The translations under genes were made by a program, and so were the position numbers. From Octopus sinensis (lineage: Eukaryota), in the NCBI RefSeq assembly GCF_006345805.1, contig NC_043021.1:1612001-1676000 (forward strand): 64,000 nt of DNA. Direction: 5' to 3'. This document shows, in pieces, positions 23,064 through 36,357 of this stretch (its first letter is position 1; every line of letters starts with the position of its first letter). The notes under the pieces are model-generated. The model was not told the DNA's origin. It ran no database searches and saw only the letters and a program-made list of their open reading frames with translations.

Positions 23064-23960
23064 GTGAGAGAGAAAAGGAGAGAAAGAGTAGAGAAAGGAG
23101 AGAGAGCAGAAGGAGAAACAACAGGATGGACAGAGAGAGAGAGGGGGAGACAGAGAGCAAAAGAAAGAGAGAGAGAGAATGAGATAGACATAAGATCCGA
23201 GAGAGAGAGACAGCTGAGAGAGAGACAGATGAGAGAGAGAGACAGATGAGAGAGAGAGACAGATGAGAGAGAGAGAGAGAGCTGAGAGAGAGAGAGACAG
23301 ATGAGAGAGAGACAGATGAGAGAGAGAGACAGATGAGAGAGAGAGAGAGAGCTGAGAGAGAGAGAGAGACAGATGAGAGAGAGAGACAGATGAGAGAGAG
23401 AGAGACAGATGAGAGAGAGAGAGACAGAGAGAGAGAGAGACAGAATAGAGAGAGAAAGAGCTGAGAGAGAGAGAGAGACAGATGAGAGAGAGAGAGAGAG
23501 ACAGATGAGAGAGAGAGAGACAGATGAGAGAGAGAGAGAGACAGATGAGAGAGAGAGAGAGACATATGAGAGAGAGAGAGAGACATGAGAGAGAGAGAGA
23601 CAGATGAGAGAGAGAGAGAGACATGAGAGAGAGAGAGACAGATGAGAGAGAGAGAGAGACAGATGAGAGAGAGTGAGAGAGACAGATGAGAGAGAGAGAG
23701 AAACAGCTGAGAGACAGAATAGAGAGAGATAGAGAGAGACTGGTAAGAGAAAGAGAGAGAGAAACAGACAGATGTGAGAGAAAGAGAGAGAGAGACAGCT
23801 GAGAGAGCGGGAGACAAAGAGACAGACATACTGAGAAAAGAAGCAGCGGGAAAGAAAGAAGAGGGTGAAAGCAGAGATAGAAAGAGAGAGAGGGGGAGAG
23901 AGAAATGAGTAAAAGAAAAAGTGAGAAGGTAAGAGAGAGAGAGGGGGAGAGAGAGAAAGA
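23064..23960. repeat. ~900-bp (AG)n array punctuated by ACAGAT / AGCT
   Basis: Units such as gagagagagacagat with variable AG count; source of the SLSL ORFs. Confidence 0.95.
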
Positions 23961-25537
23961 GATTCAGGTGTAAGTTGCCACATGATTCGCACAATAAACA
24001 TCGTTAAGTTGGGGAAGTGAACAAGAAGACGTTACTAAGCGATAAACAAACGATCGAAATAACAGGCCAGCCGTGAGTAATCGAGCAACACCGGTCATTG
24101 AATTAGGCAGAGACAACAACTCGAAATAGTCTTCGTCAAAGCAAACAAAACAGACATACCAATGGCTATAAACGACTATATAGTAAGTAATTAACTTTAA
24201 TTAATAGACTTATAACACTAATATATATACATATATATATGTGTGTATATATATTGAGATATATATATATATATATTGCACACCTACACACCTACACAAA
24301 AAGGCTTCTATTTATAAATTCCTTATAAATCTCTTTTGCATTACAGAAATGTGTTATTAATAATTTGCCAATTACGAAAAGCTAATGTCGAAATATTAAA
24401 AGAAAAAGGCACTACGGTACTTGACTGGTATTTACTTTTAGTGTACCTTTCCTCTTGCTTTAGAAGATTAAAAGATAAGGTTGACCCCGGCGGGATTTCC
24501 AAATATAATATAATATAATACAACATATATATATATATAATATATATATATGTATATGTATGTATGTATGAATAATTGATGAGGGTATTCGTAAGATATG
24601 ATGTTTGGCTTCAGGTCAGCTCTGGTTAATCAGACTGGAGGTGAAAGTCATTCCACCCTTGACCGTCCTGTCGTCTTTTTTTTTTTTTATAGATGTCATC
24701 GTGCCCTACTGTGTCTTGTAAGATCGTTGTGTTGTGTGTGTGTTGTTGGTGCTGAGTGATTTGAGGGAGAACGATGCTGTTATTTCTTGCTGGTTGAACG
24801 GACCACGTAAAAGCTCCCTTTGCTGGCTTATAATAACATTAAGTTCCTGTACCCATACACTGAGAAGAGGGAGCGACTTCAGATGTCTAGGGTAGGACCC
24901 TCTTACGGGGACAAATAAAAAGAAAACGAAAAATAAAGTGCGTTAGTCATTAATTATAAATAAAAATAATAATTACCATGGCTATTCAATGTATGGAATA
25001 CCAATGGTGCTTTAAATTATTTTGTTACGTAGTAGCTAATGCTGCTCTTTATTATAGGGAAGGACCCCTACAAACTCACTCCCGATAAGGGCTCTCTGGG
25101 CCAAAAATGTATTTTAGCGTCGCAACCTCATTAGCGTCACCTTTTGCAGTATTTATTTCGTTTTCTTTGTCAAGATTTATTGCGCAAATTTCCATCAATT
25201 ATCGAAAATGGATAGATTAATAAAAGATAACAAGAACTTTTGGTGCAGTGAACCTCGGTCCATTGTAAACAAAAGCAGTCCTTGCATATCCTTTTAAATC
25301 ATATATTCCTTATATATATATATATATTTGATTTGAAAACCCCACTGGAATGGGAGAAAGCGCTAATAATCTGAATGATATGATATATATATATGTAAAA
25401 AATGTAATATATAAATAAATATCTATAAACATGAACCATCCGATCTTCTGATTACCTCATTTCTTCTAATATATATATATATATATCGTTTTGGGTTTGG
25501 TTTGCAAGATTCTTTATGTGAGTTCGTGTGTTGAAGG

Positions 25538-25719
25538 ATATTCTGTTGTGCCTGGGGAGAGCCATTCTCTTTTGGTGCCTTATAATTTAACACCATCACC
25601 GGTAAAATTTCCACTTATTTCTTTTTTATTTTTAAGTATTAAGTGGGCATTTTACCGGTGATTGTGTTAAACTATAAGGCACCAAAAGAGAATGGCCCTC
25701 CCCAGGTACAACAGAATAT
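25538..25719. repeat. Fold-back repeat, ~80-bp arms and 22-nt loop
   Basis: atattctgttgtgcctggggagagccattctcttttggtgccttata... and its reverse complement; a single-arm relative lies at ~59680-59750. Confidence 0.85.
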
Positions 25720-26779
25720 ATATATATATAGCTATCTATGGGTAGATGGGGTGATTCTTCTGCCCATCCTCCTTCGAGGACCGCGCGCGTTGAAACCAAC
25801 CGATAACATCTTAACAATTTTGTAATTTCAGCCCACTCATGCCCTTGACAAAGGCATGTGTGTGTGTGTGTGTATATATATATGTCTGTATACACACACA
25901 AATGGCGTTTCTATACAATAGCGTCGGAAATTATCTAGTGCACCAATAACCATAATTCCATTTCTAATATATGTTTAAAGCATTGTAGGTTATGATTATA
26001 CAAAAAAAACAAAATGTCTTGGGTGCCGATCGCCTCCGTAACTTTTTTTTTTATCGGAAAAGCTACCTAGCAACCCTCTACGTGGCCGCCCCATTTATTA
26101 GAAATAGTCGGCAAATCTCCATTTGATCGCGCTTCCCAAACACTTGCTTCCGGGTTCTGTCCCACTGTGTGACACCGTCTACTATAGCCTTGTAAGGGAA
26201 TTTGGTAGACCGAAACTGAAAGAAGCCTGTCATGTGTGTGTGTGTGTGTGTGTGCGGATCACTGCTTCACAACTGGTGATGGTGTGTTTACGTCTCCGCA
26301 ACATAGCGGTTCGGCAAAAGAAAAACCGATAGAATAAGTACAAGGCTTTACAAAAAAAAAAAAAAAGTCTTGGGATCGATTTATTCGACTAAAGAAAATG
26401 TTTCTGGGCGGTGCTCCGGCATGGCCGCAGTCAAATGACTGAAACAAGTAGAAAAATAAAAGAAGAGAAGAATATATACAGTGGACAGTTGATGACGCTG
26501 ATTAACAAAAAGCTGACGATGGCCATCGAATCTGTTCGATCAAGGTTGGCCAAGGGCTAAACAAAGTCATTTGGTATTGTCAGTGTGAACCTTGTCGGGT
26601 TGGTTGCGTGTGAGACTGACCTTCTTTTAATGCAGTCTAAAGAAAAATTCGACCTAAAAATATGAAAAGAAAAGCCGACAGGGAAAGGAAGAGTGAAAAC
26701 GAAATAATTATAGAGGAGACTCGAGCAAACTGATTTGCTTAATGTCTTAGGTTTAAAAATAAATGGAAAAATATCAATG

Positions 26780-27830
26780 ATATAAATGCTTTCTACTAAA
26801 GGCACAAGGCCTGGAATTTTAGAGGAGGCGGGGGGGGGGGTCGATCACATCGACCCCAGTGTTTCAAAAGGGATGGAAAGGCAAAGTCGACCTCAGCGGA
26901 ATTCGAACTCAGAACGTAAAGAGCCGTAAGAAATGCTGTTATGAATTTTGTCCAGGAAGCTAACAATTCTGTCGGTTTGCCACCATGATTATAATAATAA
27001 TAATAATAATAATAATAATCCTTTCTACTGTAGGCAGAAGGCCTGAAATTTTTGTGGTGGTGAAGAGAAGAGGCTCGTCTATTACATCGACCCCGGAAGG
27101 GTGAAAGACAAAGTCGACTTCGGCAGGGTTTGAACACTGAAAGTAGCGACGGGCGAAATACCGTTAAGCATTTCGTCCAGCGAATAATAATAATAATTCT
27201 TTCTACTAGAAGCACAAGGCCTCAAATTTGGTAGAAGGGATTAAGTCGATTTACATCGACCCCAGTGCGTAACTGGTACTAATTTTTTTGAACCCCCGAA
27301 AGGATGAAAGGTAAAGTCGACCGCGGCGGAATTTGAACTCGGATCGTAGCGACGGGCGAAATAACGCTATGCATTTCGTTCAGCGAATAAATAATAATAA
27401 TGATAATGATGATGATGATGATGATGAGTTCAAATTTTGCCCACAGGGCCAGTATTTTCGGGGAACGACATCAGTCGATTACATCGACCTCAATGCGTAA
27501 CTGGTATGTATTTCGTTGACCCTGAAAGGATGAAAGGCAAAATCGACCTCGGCGGAATTTGATCTCAGAACGTAAGGACAGGCGAAATACTAAGCGTTTC
27601 GTCCAACGAACAATAATAATAATAATAATAATTAATGACGATAAGCTTAAATTTTGTCACAAGGCCAGCAATTTCGGGAAAGGGCATAAGTCAATTACAT
27701 TCGACCCCAGTGTTCAAGTGGTACGTATTTTATCGACCCCGAAAAGATGAAAAGTAACATCGGCCTCGGCAGAATTTGAACACAGGACTTAAAGAGGTGG
27801 AAGAAATGCCACTTAGCATTTTGTCCAAAA
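26780..27830 (-). mobile_element. Tandem cluster of 5-6 partial SINE family A copies separated by (AAT)/(GAT) tracts
   Basis: Recurring atcgacc...gaaag.caaagtcgac...gaactc...gaaata blocks. Confidence 0.85.
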
Positions 27831-28034
27831 ATTCTTAAAATTCTAATTCGTTTAATGAAGAGAAATTTGACTTTTAATTAGAGAAAGTAATAACCTGGAG
27901 GTCATTGTTAGTAACACTCAAAATCAGGGGGAGATAATTCCAAATACAATTTTTTTTTTTTAGTTCGGTTAATCCTCATTTAACAGACTCTTGATAAACG
28001 ACATTCCAAGAATATCCCTCTTTCTTATATATAT

Positions 28035-28232
28035 ACTGTTTGTTTCAGTCATTTGACTGCGGCCATGCTGGAGCACCGATTTTAGTCGAGCAAATCGACC
28101 CCAGGACTTATTCTTTGTAAGCCTAGTACTTTATCGGTTTTTCTTGCCGAACCGCTAAGTTACGGGGACGTAAACACACTAGCATCGGTTGTCAAGCGAT
28201 GGGGGGAGGGGGACAAACGCAGACACACGAAC

Positions 28233-28266
<34 letters not shown>

Positions 28267-28420
28267 ACAGGCTTCTTTCAGTTTCCGTCTACCAGTCCAC
28301 TCACAAGGCTTTGGTCGGCCGGAGGCTATAGTAGAAGACACTTGCCCAAGGTGCCACGCAGTGGGAATGAACCCGGAACCATGTGGTTCGTAAGTAAACT
28401 ACTTACCAAACAGCCACTTC
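28035..28420 (-). mobile_element. SINE family B
   Basis: Near full-length reverse copy. Confidence 0.88.
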
Positions 28421-28833
28421 ACTTCACACATGAATAAATACAGCCTTGGCAATGGTTGGTGACCCTGTTTATGATGTGAGTGATGGTAGTGGTGGGGGGT
28501 AGTTGATGGAAGCAATTATTATTATTATTAAATTAATGATGATGATGATTATGATGATATTTGGTTTCAATTCCTGACAATCTCATTTTTGTACCATTGT
28601 TATCTTGCCCCACATTTGCCCCATTTCCCCAGAACTATAACGAAAAGTATTCCAGTTATGATATCATCCCATTTATATACATACATCCCAAATACTTGCA
28701 TTCATGCTCACACACACACACACACACACAGCTGTATGGTTAAAAAGTTTTTCCTAATTTTTACAATATCTTTGGTTTGACCAATGCTTTGTGAGTGGAT
28801 TTGGTAGACAGAAACTGAAAGAATCCTGTCGTA

Positions 28834-28865
<32 letters not shown>

Positions 28866-29262
28866 GGCACAGGAGTGGCTGTGTGGTAAGTAGCTTGCTA
28901 ACCAACCACATGGTTCCGGGTTGAGTCCACTGCGTGGCATCTTGAGCAAGTGTCTTCTGCTATAGCCCCCGGGCCAACAGATGCCTTGTGAGTGGATTTG
29001 GTAGACGGAAACTGAAAGAAGCCTGTCGTATATATGTATAAATATATATGTATGTGTGTGTGTGTGTGTGTGTGTTTGTCCCCCTAGCATTGCTTGACAA
29101 CCGATGCTGGTGTGTTTATGTCCCCGTCACTTAGCGGTTTGGCAAAAGAGACCAATAGAATAAGTAGTGGGCTTACAAAGAATAAGTCCCGGGGTCAATT
29201 TGCTCGACTAAAGGCGGTGCTCCAGCATGGCCGCAGTCAAATGACTGAAACAAGTAAAAGAG
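28866..29262 (+). mobile_element. SINE family B, full length
   Basis: Head to gtaaaagag tail. Confidence 0.9.
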
Positions 29263-29588
29263 TATATATATATAGTACAAAGTAAGATAGGAGTTAAGGG
29301 TGTAACCCACTAAGGGATATCATTTATCCAATATACTGTTGGTAAAGTACCCAAATTCTTAATACATAAATGTTTTTAATTGCAATGCAATTAACTCATT
29401 TATTGTATTAAATGGGTGAAGGTAAGGAAATATTTTTACCATAAATTTATAATACAAATAAGAAAATGGAGAAACAAATTTAATTTGTTCATCAACTTTC
29501 GGATATTATAATGTTAGATTATTTATTCATTTAGCAAAATCCGAAAGTTGATGAGCAAACTAAATTTGTTCCTCCTTTTTCTTATTTG

Positions 29589-29628
<40 letters not shown>

Positions 29629-29629
29629 T

Positions 29630-30120
29630 GCTTTTTATGTACCACCGGCATGGGTATCACAACTACAATTTCCATTTGATTTTTTGATGTTGATGTACTT
29701 GACTCAACAGGTCTCCTCAAGCACAGCAGGTCACCCTATGATCCAAGGTAAGCACAGCAGGCCGTCCTGCGATCCACGGTACTTTGGATGGGCTGGGGCT
29801 GGTTATGTGAAGCTGGTGCAGGAAACAGCCATGAACTCATGTTATTTGTCAGGTCTTCGCAGTCACAGCATATCTCCAGAGGTCTCAGTCTTTCATCATT
29901 GCCTTTGTGAGGCCCAACGTTCGAAGGTCATGCTTGACCACCTCATCCCATGTCTTCCTGAGTCTACCTCTACCCCGGATTCCTTCGACTGTTTGGGAGT
30001 GGTAATTCTTCACACATCTCTCCTCATCCATCCGTAGTACATGACCATACCAGCGCAAACGTCTCTCTTGCATGCTACATCCGATGCTCCTTATGTCCAA
30101 CATTTCTCTCAGGGTGCATC
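29630..30120 (-). mobile_element. RTE-clade LINE 3' fragment
   Basis: MQERRLRWYGHVLRMDEERCVK...GIRGRGRLRKTWDEVVKHDL: RTE C-terminal motif. Confidence 0.85.
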
Positions 30121-30262
30121 CAGCCTTAGAAAACCATGCCAAATCAGACTGGATCCTGGCACAGCTTTCCAATGTGCCAGCCCAGTCAAACCGTCCAACC
30201 CATGCCAACATGGACAACAGACATTAAATGATGAGATATATATATATATATATACACACACA

Positions 30263-30955
30263 CAGGGTAAGATATTTGAGGACAGATTTATGTTCATTAA
30301 AAAAAAAAACAGATATAATAACAGATAATTTTATTTATCAAAAAATGCTATGAGGGTAAAAATAAGCCTTCTTTTCTATAATGTTATTCAATAAAGCCGT
30401 CTTCAGCTTCAACAACTGCTTCTATATGAGATCTAAATCATCTACATGCTCAAATCTAGTGGTCCTGGTTTCATTTTGGACATTACTCTGACTATGGCAG
30501 CTTTCAAAGGATCTTTGGTGTTATGGGTGTGTTCATTGATCCCTCACTCAACAATGCTCCATTTGTATTAGTCCAATGGATTGAGATCTAGGGAATTAGA
30601 AGGATAAATGTTAGGGGTTATGTGATCATGAAAATTTTCAGCCATCCATTCCTTATGTTACAAGAGCCAAGTGTGATAGTGCAGAGTCTTACTGAAACAG
30701 ATATGGCCTTCCATTGCATACACTGTCTGTCCAGGGCTTAACAATTGTTTCCAGGACCTCAATGGAGGCAGCAGAGTTAACTCGAAGGCCTTGTGGAAAG
30801 AAGTAAGGAGGCATCACATGTTCTTCATTGCTGACAACCCCTAAAACCATGACAGTTGCAGGAAATTTTGTATGTATAACACTTGGAACTGCAGAAGGGT
30901 TTGCGCATAACCATCTGTCATTTCTTCCCCAATTAGAACTCAGCACTTCTTTGGG
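30263..30955 (-). mobile_element. Tc1/mariner maT-type (DD37D) transposase 3' fragment
   Basis: RNDRWLC...TKFPATVMVLGVVSN...KPW...FQ*DSALSH...(P)SNSLDLNPLD; 37 residues between the second and third Asp after repairing one frameshift; ends GFIE*. Confidence 0.85.
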
Positions 30956-31055
30956 CAGCTGTCCCCACCCATACGCATCATATGACCAAACCGGCACAGT
31001 CTTCTCTCAGATGTCCCTTATCCCCAGTTTTTCTCTTAAATCATTTCCATATGTA

Positions 31056-31125
31056 GGCGTATGGCGTAGTGGTTAAGAGCGTGGGCTATTAACCCCAAGG
31101 TTCTGAGTTCGATTCCAAGCAGTAA

Positions 31126-31164
<39 letters not shown>

Positions 31165-31310
31165 CATCGAAAAATACCTTAGGAATGAGAACCCAGGTTC
31201 GAAATTTCCCCAAGACACCTGATGAAGGCTGGAGGGTACATCAGTCGAAACGTGTGTCAACAACAAACAAGATGAGGACAAATATCTGTCAAATGTAAAT
31301 AATGTAAATT
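31056..31310 (+). mobile_element. tRNA-headed SINE family D carrying a hammerhead motif (31214-31258)
   Basis: A box tggcgtagtgg, B box gagttcgattcc, (AAT)n, then GACAC-CTGATGA-A-GGCTG...CAGTC-GAAACGT-GTGTC. Confidence 0.75.
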
Positions 31311-32030
31311 TTACATTCTGTCGTGTGGTCACACTGACATCACACATGTTTTACTGCCATGTAGCATAGCTGTACCTACACAGGCTCATACAATCTGCCT
31401 TTCACTCTGAGGGAGGGACCCTTAGTTACCAAACAAGCTAGTAACTCTCTGACCTTTGCCCAGCTCATTTTTAATCAAGCAGCAACACTTTCAGGACTCC
31501 CCCCCCCCAACTGCTAACTTGGCTGCCTAGGTAACAGAAGCTACTGACCACCTCTCATGAACCCCCACCCCCACCCCGCACCCAAGCATTTGAAGGAGTC
31601 TATTGTCTGCTCATTTTTATTGCTTTGTAACCACACATTTGCCACATGCAAAGACTATATTCTCTGTTAAAGTTCCTCTCACACCACTACACCTCTTATC
31701 TGTCCAAAGCTTGTACTGGGTACAACTTATAGAGTTTCTACCAACACCTTTCTTACAAACCAGGCAGAGACATCTCCCTCAACAGACTTTTGTTTATAGT
31801 CATATCTATATGTATATGTGTATGTGTGAGTGTGTATATATATATATATATATATATGCTTTATTAATAAAGACATCACAAACAGTTACTCAGAGTTTCA
31901 TGTTCCCATCATCAGACAGTTTTGGTTGAGATTTCTCAATCAAAACTGTCCAAATGGGAACATGAAACTCTGAGTAACAGTGTTTGTGATGTCTTTGCAG
32001 CTATATTAATAAAGCATATTACTCTACCGA

Positions 32031-32066
<36 letters not shown>

Positions 32067-32068
<2 letters not shown>

Positions 32069-32365
32069 GTAGAGGCATATGGCCCAGTGGTTAGAGCAGT
32101 GGACTTGCGGTCGAGGGATTGTGGGTCCGAATCTCAGACTGGGCAGTATGTGTGTTTGTGAGTGAAACACCTAAGCTCCACGCAGCCCCAGCAGAAGGTA
32201 ATGGTGAACTTCTGCTGATTCTTTCGCCACAACTTTCTCTCACTCTTTCCTCTTGCATCTAGCAGCTCACCTGCGAGGGACTGGCATCCCGTCCAGGGGG
32301 GGAACCTATGTACCAATGAAACCGGAAAACCAGCCCTTATGAGTCAGGCATAGCTCAAGAAGGAA
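32067..32365 (+). mobile_element. SINE family C head with a third type of tail
   Basis: atggcccagtggttagagcag head; tail cctgcgagggactggcatcccgtccaggg resembles a segment of V/Meta-type SINEs (resemblance only). Confidence 0.6.
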
Positions 32366-32819
32366 CAAAAGACAAGATGTCTGCATGTGTATATATATAT
32401 ATATAGTCAGTGCATACGTATGCTTGCAGCAGCTGCTGTCATTGCATCTGTGAATCAATAAGTTTTGACTTTTATATATGCGTACATGCATATGTGTGTG
32501 TGTTGTGTGTTGCATCTGTGTGTGTATCTATATATACAGTACCAGATTTAGGACAAATGAGGTCCTGTGCTACTTAAGTTTTGAGGCCCCTTACTTGGAC
32601 AGGGTGCCATTGACCAGGGACCCCTTACGGTGACTCCGGTGCACAGTCTTCTGCTTAAGCACACCGAAACACAATGGTAAATCTGTCACTGTATATATAT
32701 ATGTATATATATATATATATATCAAATGAAATAAATGAGAAACAGGACACAAAGGATGTTGCGGTACATATGTTTCGAATTTATCAAGTATTCACCCTGA
32801 ATTTATTGTATATATTGTT

Positions 32820-32933
32820 CAGTCCCACTGCGTGGCATCTTGGGCAAGTGTCTTCTGCTATAGCCCCGGGCTGACCAATGCCTTGTGAGTGGATTTGGTA
32901 GATGGAAACTGAAAGAAGCCTGTCATATATATG

Positions 32934-32966
<33 letters not shown>

Positions 32967-33160
32967 CTGTGTTTGTCCCCCTAGCATTGCTTGACAACTG
33001 ATGCTGGTGTGTTTACATCCCCGTCACTTAGTGGTTCGGCAAAAGAGACCGATAGAATAAGTACTGGGCTTACAAAGAATAAGTCCCGGGGTCGATTTGC
33101 TCGACTAAAGGCGGCGCTCCAGCATGGCCACAGTCAAATGACTAAAACAAGTAAAAGAGA
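32820..33160 (+). mobile_element. SINE family B, 5'-truncated
   Basis: Starts within the B box; intact tail. Confidence 0.85.
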
Positions 33161-33161
33161 G

Positions 33162-33192
<31 letters not shown>

Positions 33193-35039
33193 ATAAGATC
33201 GTTAATTTAAATTAAATAATGACCTTACCAAGTGACCAGCATGGGAAAAAAACCCCTTCAAAGGTAATAATTATTATTAAAATTATAAATTAGGGTATCT
33301 ACAGAAATCCGGGATCTGGAATTATCCAGTAATTTTTTTACTAGTTTTATTTTGTCTTTTTGTTTTCTCTCCTTGTGCTATATGAACACTTAAGGTGGTT
33401 TTAGAGTCAGATCATGGCTGCTATTTTCAGCATGTCGGTATCTTATATACATACACACACACACGCAAACATACATGCATATATATGCATTTATTACTTG
33501 CTAAATTTCTGAAATGTTTCACATGTTTTCACAGTTCCATTAATGGTTTACAACTGTAATTTCCTAATTAGTTGTGTTCTTTCTGGATTGAGGCAGTTAG
33601 TTTACATATCATCCAAGAACCCACGGTAATTACAGGTAAATATCTAATGCTATAATCTGGATGGGGTATCATCTACAGATTTCTCCTCAATTTGGTTTTG
33701 GAAATGTTTTATTTTTTCACTAACCTTTAACATATTAAGTTAACATCTACTGGACAACTAATTCTCATTTCTCAATCTCTGATCGTAATGTCTGGTCTGT
33801 TATCCCAGCATTTCACTGAAAACAATCTGCCAGTATTCTGAATGACTCTGTCCTCCATATCTTTGGGGTTTTTTAAAAATCTTTTGCTTGTTTTCAATCA
33901 CTGAAAACTGCGGTCATGCTGGGGCATTGCCTTGAAGAATTTTAGCCAAACAAATCAACCCCACTCTCTTTTACTTGTTTCAGTCATTTGACTGTGGCCA
34001 TGTTTTGTAAGCCTAGTACTTATTCTATCGGTCTCTTTTGCCGAACCGCTAAGTTACGGGGACGTAAACACATCAGCATCAGTTGGCAAGCGATGTTGGG
34101 GGGACAAACACAGGCATACATACATATATATATATACACACACACAACAGGCTTCTTCCAGTTTCCGTCTTTCAAATCCACTCACAAGGATTCAGTCCCA
34201 TTACATGGCACCTTTGGCAAGTGTCTTCTACTATAGACTCGGGTTGACTAGAGCCTGGTGGGTAGATTTTGTGGACAGAAACTGAAAGAAGCCTGTCATA
34301 TATATATATGTGTGCATGTGTCTCCCCATCACTGCTTGACAACCAGTGTTGGTATGTTTACATCCCTGTAACTTAGCAGTTTGGCAATAGTGACCGATAG
34401 AATAAGTAGTAGGCTTTAAAAGATAAGTCCCAGGGTCGATTTGTTTTACTAAATCCCTTCAAGGTGGTGCTCCAGCATGGCCACAATCAAATGATTGAAA
34501 CGAGTAAAAGAATAAAAGTACATCTCTATATAAATATATGTGTGTGTTGGTGTATATATATGCCTATATGTATGTGCATGTGTACACACACACATACAAA
34601 AATTTATATACCTGATCACATGAACATATCCAAAACAAATGCTATTTGAGTCACATTTTGTCTCTGAAAACACGAGAATTTCTAAACTCTGGTGAGAAGC
34701 AAGACAATGGCTGCATAGCTCCAGATCTTTCTATCCCAACTTTTGAAATTCAGAGAAATTTTTTCTTTTGTACTCTAGGCACAAGGCCCGAAATTTTGGG
34801 GGTAGGTGGTGGTGGTGGTGGGGCAGTTGATTAGATCAACCCAGTTTTGCAACTAGTACTTAATTTATCGGCCCCGAAAGGATGAAAGGCAAAGTCGTCC
34901 TCAGCGGAATTTGAACTCAGAATCAACTTTCATGATCAACCTGTGTTCAAAAGTTTGTCAATGAATAAAACAAAGTGTGGTTGCTAACATGACATGTTGC
35001 TGAGTCCTGTTGAAGCCATGCATTACTTTTTGCAATCTC

Positions 35040-35285
35040 AGTTAGCTGCTCAATAAACTGATCAATTATCTCTCAATAACGTTCCGAATTCAAGGTTTCT
35101 TGGTAAAAAATCGGTCCTACTATTTCTTGCCTGCTGATAGCCATCCATACACCAACCTTCACTGCATGTAAGATTGATTCGACAAACTCGTGAGGATTGA
35201 GAGTACTCCAGATGCGAGTGTTTTGCGAATTTAGGTATCCCAATAGATGAATCCAAACCTCGTCACTAAAGAAGGTCATGTCAAT
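35040..35285 (-). mobile_element. Tc1/mariner transposase fragment
   Basis: TFFSDEVWIHLLGYLNSQNTRIWS...KVGVWMAISRQEIVGPIFYQETLNSERY (first catalytic Asp region). Confidence 0.8.
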
Positions 35286-35295
35286 CAGAGAGAGA

Positions 35296-35652
35296 GCTGA
35301 TCTGAGCCAATCGGGGAGAGAGCTGATTTGAGCCAGTCGGGGAGAGCTGATCTGAGCCAATCGGGGAGAGAGCTGATCTGAGCCAGTCGGGGAGAGAGCT
35401 GATCTGAGCCAGTCGGGGAGAGAGCTGATCTGAGCCAGTCGGGGAGAGAGCTGATCCGAGCCAGTCGGGGAGAGCTGATCTGAGCCAGTCGGGGAGAGCT
35501 GATCCGAGCCAGTCGGGGAGAGCTGATCCTAGCCAGTCGGGGAGGGCTGATCGGAGCCAGTCAGGGAGGGCTGATCGGAGCCAGTCGGGGAGGGCTAATC
35601 CAAGCCAGTCGGGGAGGGCTGATCCGAGCCAATCGGGGAGAGCTGATCCGAG
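35296..35652. repeat. GC-rich minisatellite, ~14.5 units of 24/26 bp (gctgatctgagccagtcggggaga[ga])
   Basis: Units counted by eye; no unique spacers. Confidence 0.95.
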
Positions 35653-36061
35653 CTGGGACACTGCCTTGAAGGGTTTTAGTCAAACAAGTCAACCCCAGGT
35701 CTTATTTTTTAAGCCTAGTACTTATTGTATCAGGCTCTTTTGCCGAACTGCTAAGTTACAGGGACGTAACCACACCAACACCGAGGACAAACATAAAGAC
35801 ACACATACATATTTATATATATGTATGCATGCACACTCACACAACGGGATTCTTTCAGTTTCCGTCAACCAGATCCACTCGAATCCACTCACAAGGCTTT
35901 GGTGAGCCTGAGGTTATAGTCGAAGATCCTTGCCCCAAGGTGTCATGCAGTGGAACTTAAACCCCGGAACTACGTGGTTGGGAAGCAAGCTTCTTACCCA
36001 CACAGCCACGCCTGAGCCTGTGTAATAATAATTTAAAAAAAGAACACAGAAACGTGTAAAT

Positions 36062-36096
<35 letters not shown>

Positions 36097-36234
36097 TGTG
36101 TGTGTGTGTGTCTGTGTGTGCGTGTGTGTGTGTGTGTGTGGTTTACAATGGCTAACTTAACTCTGCCCTGATGCAATTGTTTTCTTGCTTGTATCAAATA
36201 ACCATCCAGACTTGTACAACTTAAAAATAGAGAG

Positions 36235-36321
36235 AGAGAGAGAGGCATATGCGCACCTATCACTCTCTCTTTCACTCTCTCTGTTTGTCATCCTCTTCTC
36301 TCTCTCACTTTTTCCTTATTT

Positions 36322-36357
<36 letters not shown>

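Noticed and set aside
22918-24001. Long ORFs of 225-358 aa rich in SLSL/LSLS
   Set aside because: Translations of the (AG)n array; open only because the repeat lacks stop codons. The same applies to the CT-block ORFs at 36185-36999, 38480-39104 and 46449-47270.
35281-35661. 126-aa ORF with SALPDWLG repeats, and a possible CRISPR-like array
   Set aside because: It is the minisatellite read in frame (24-bp unit); units are contiguous with no unique spacers, there are no cas genes and the context is eukaryotic.
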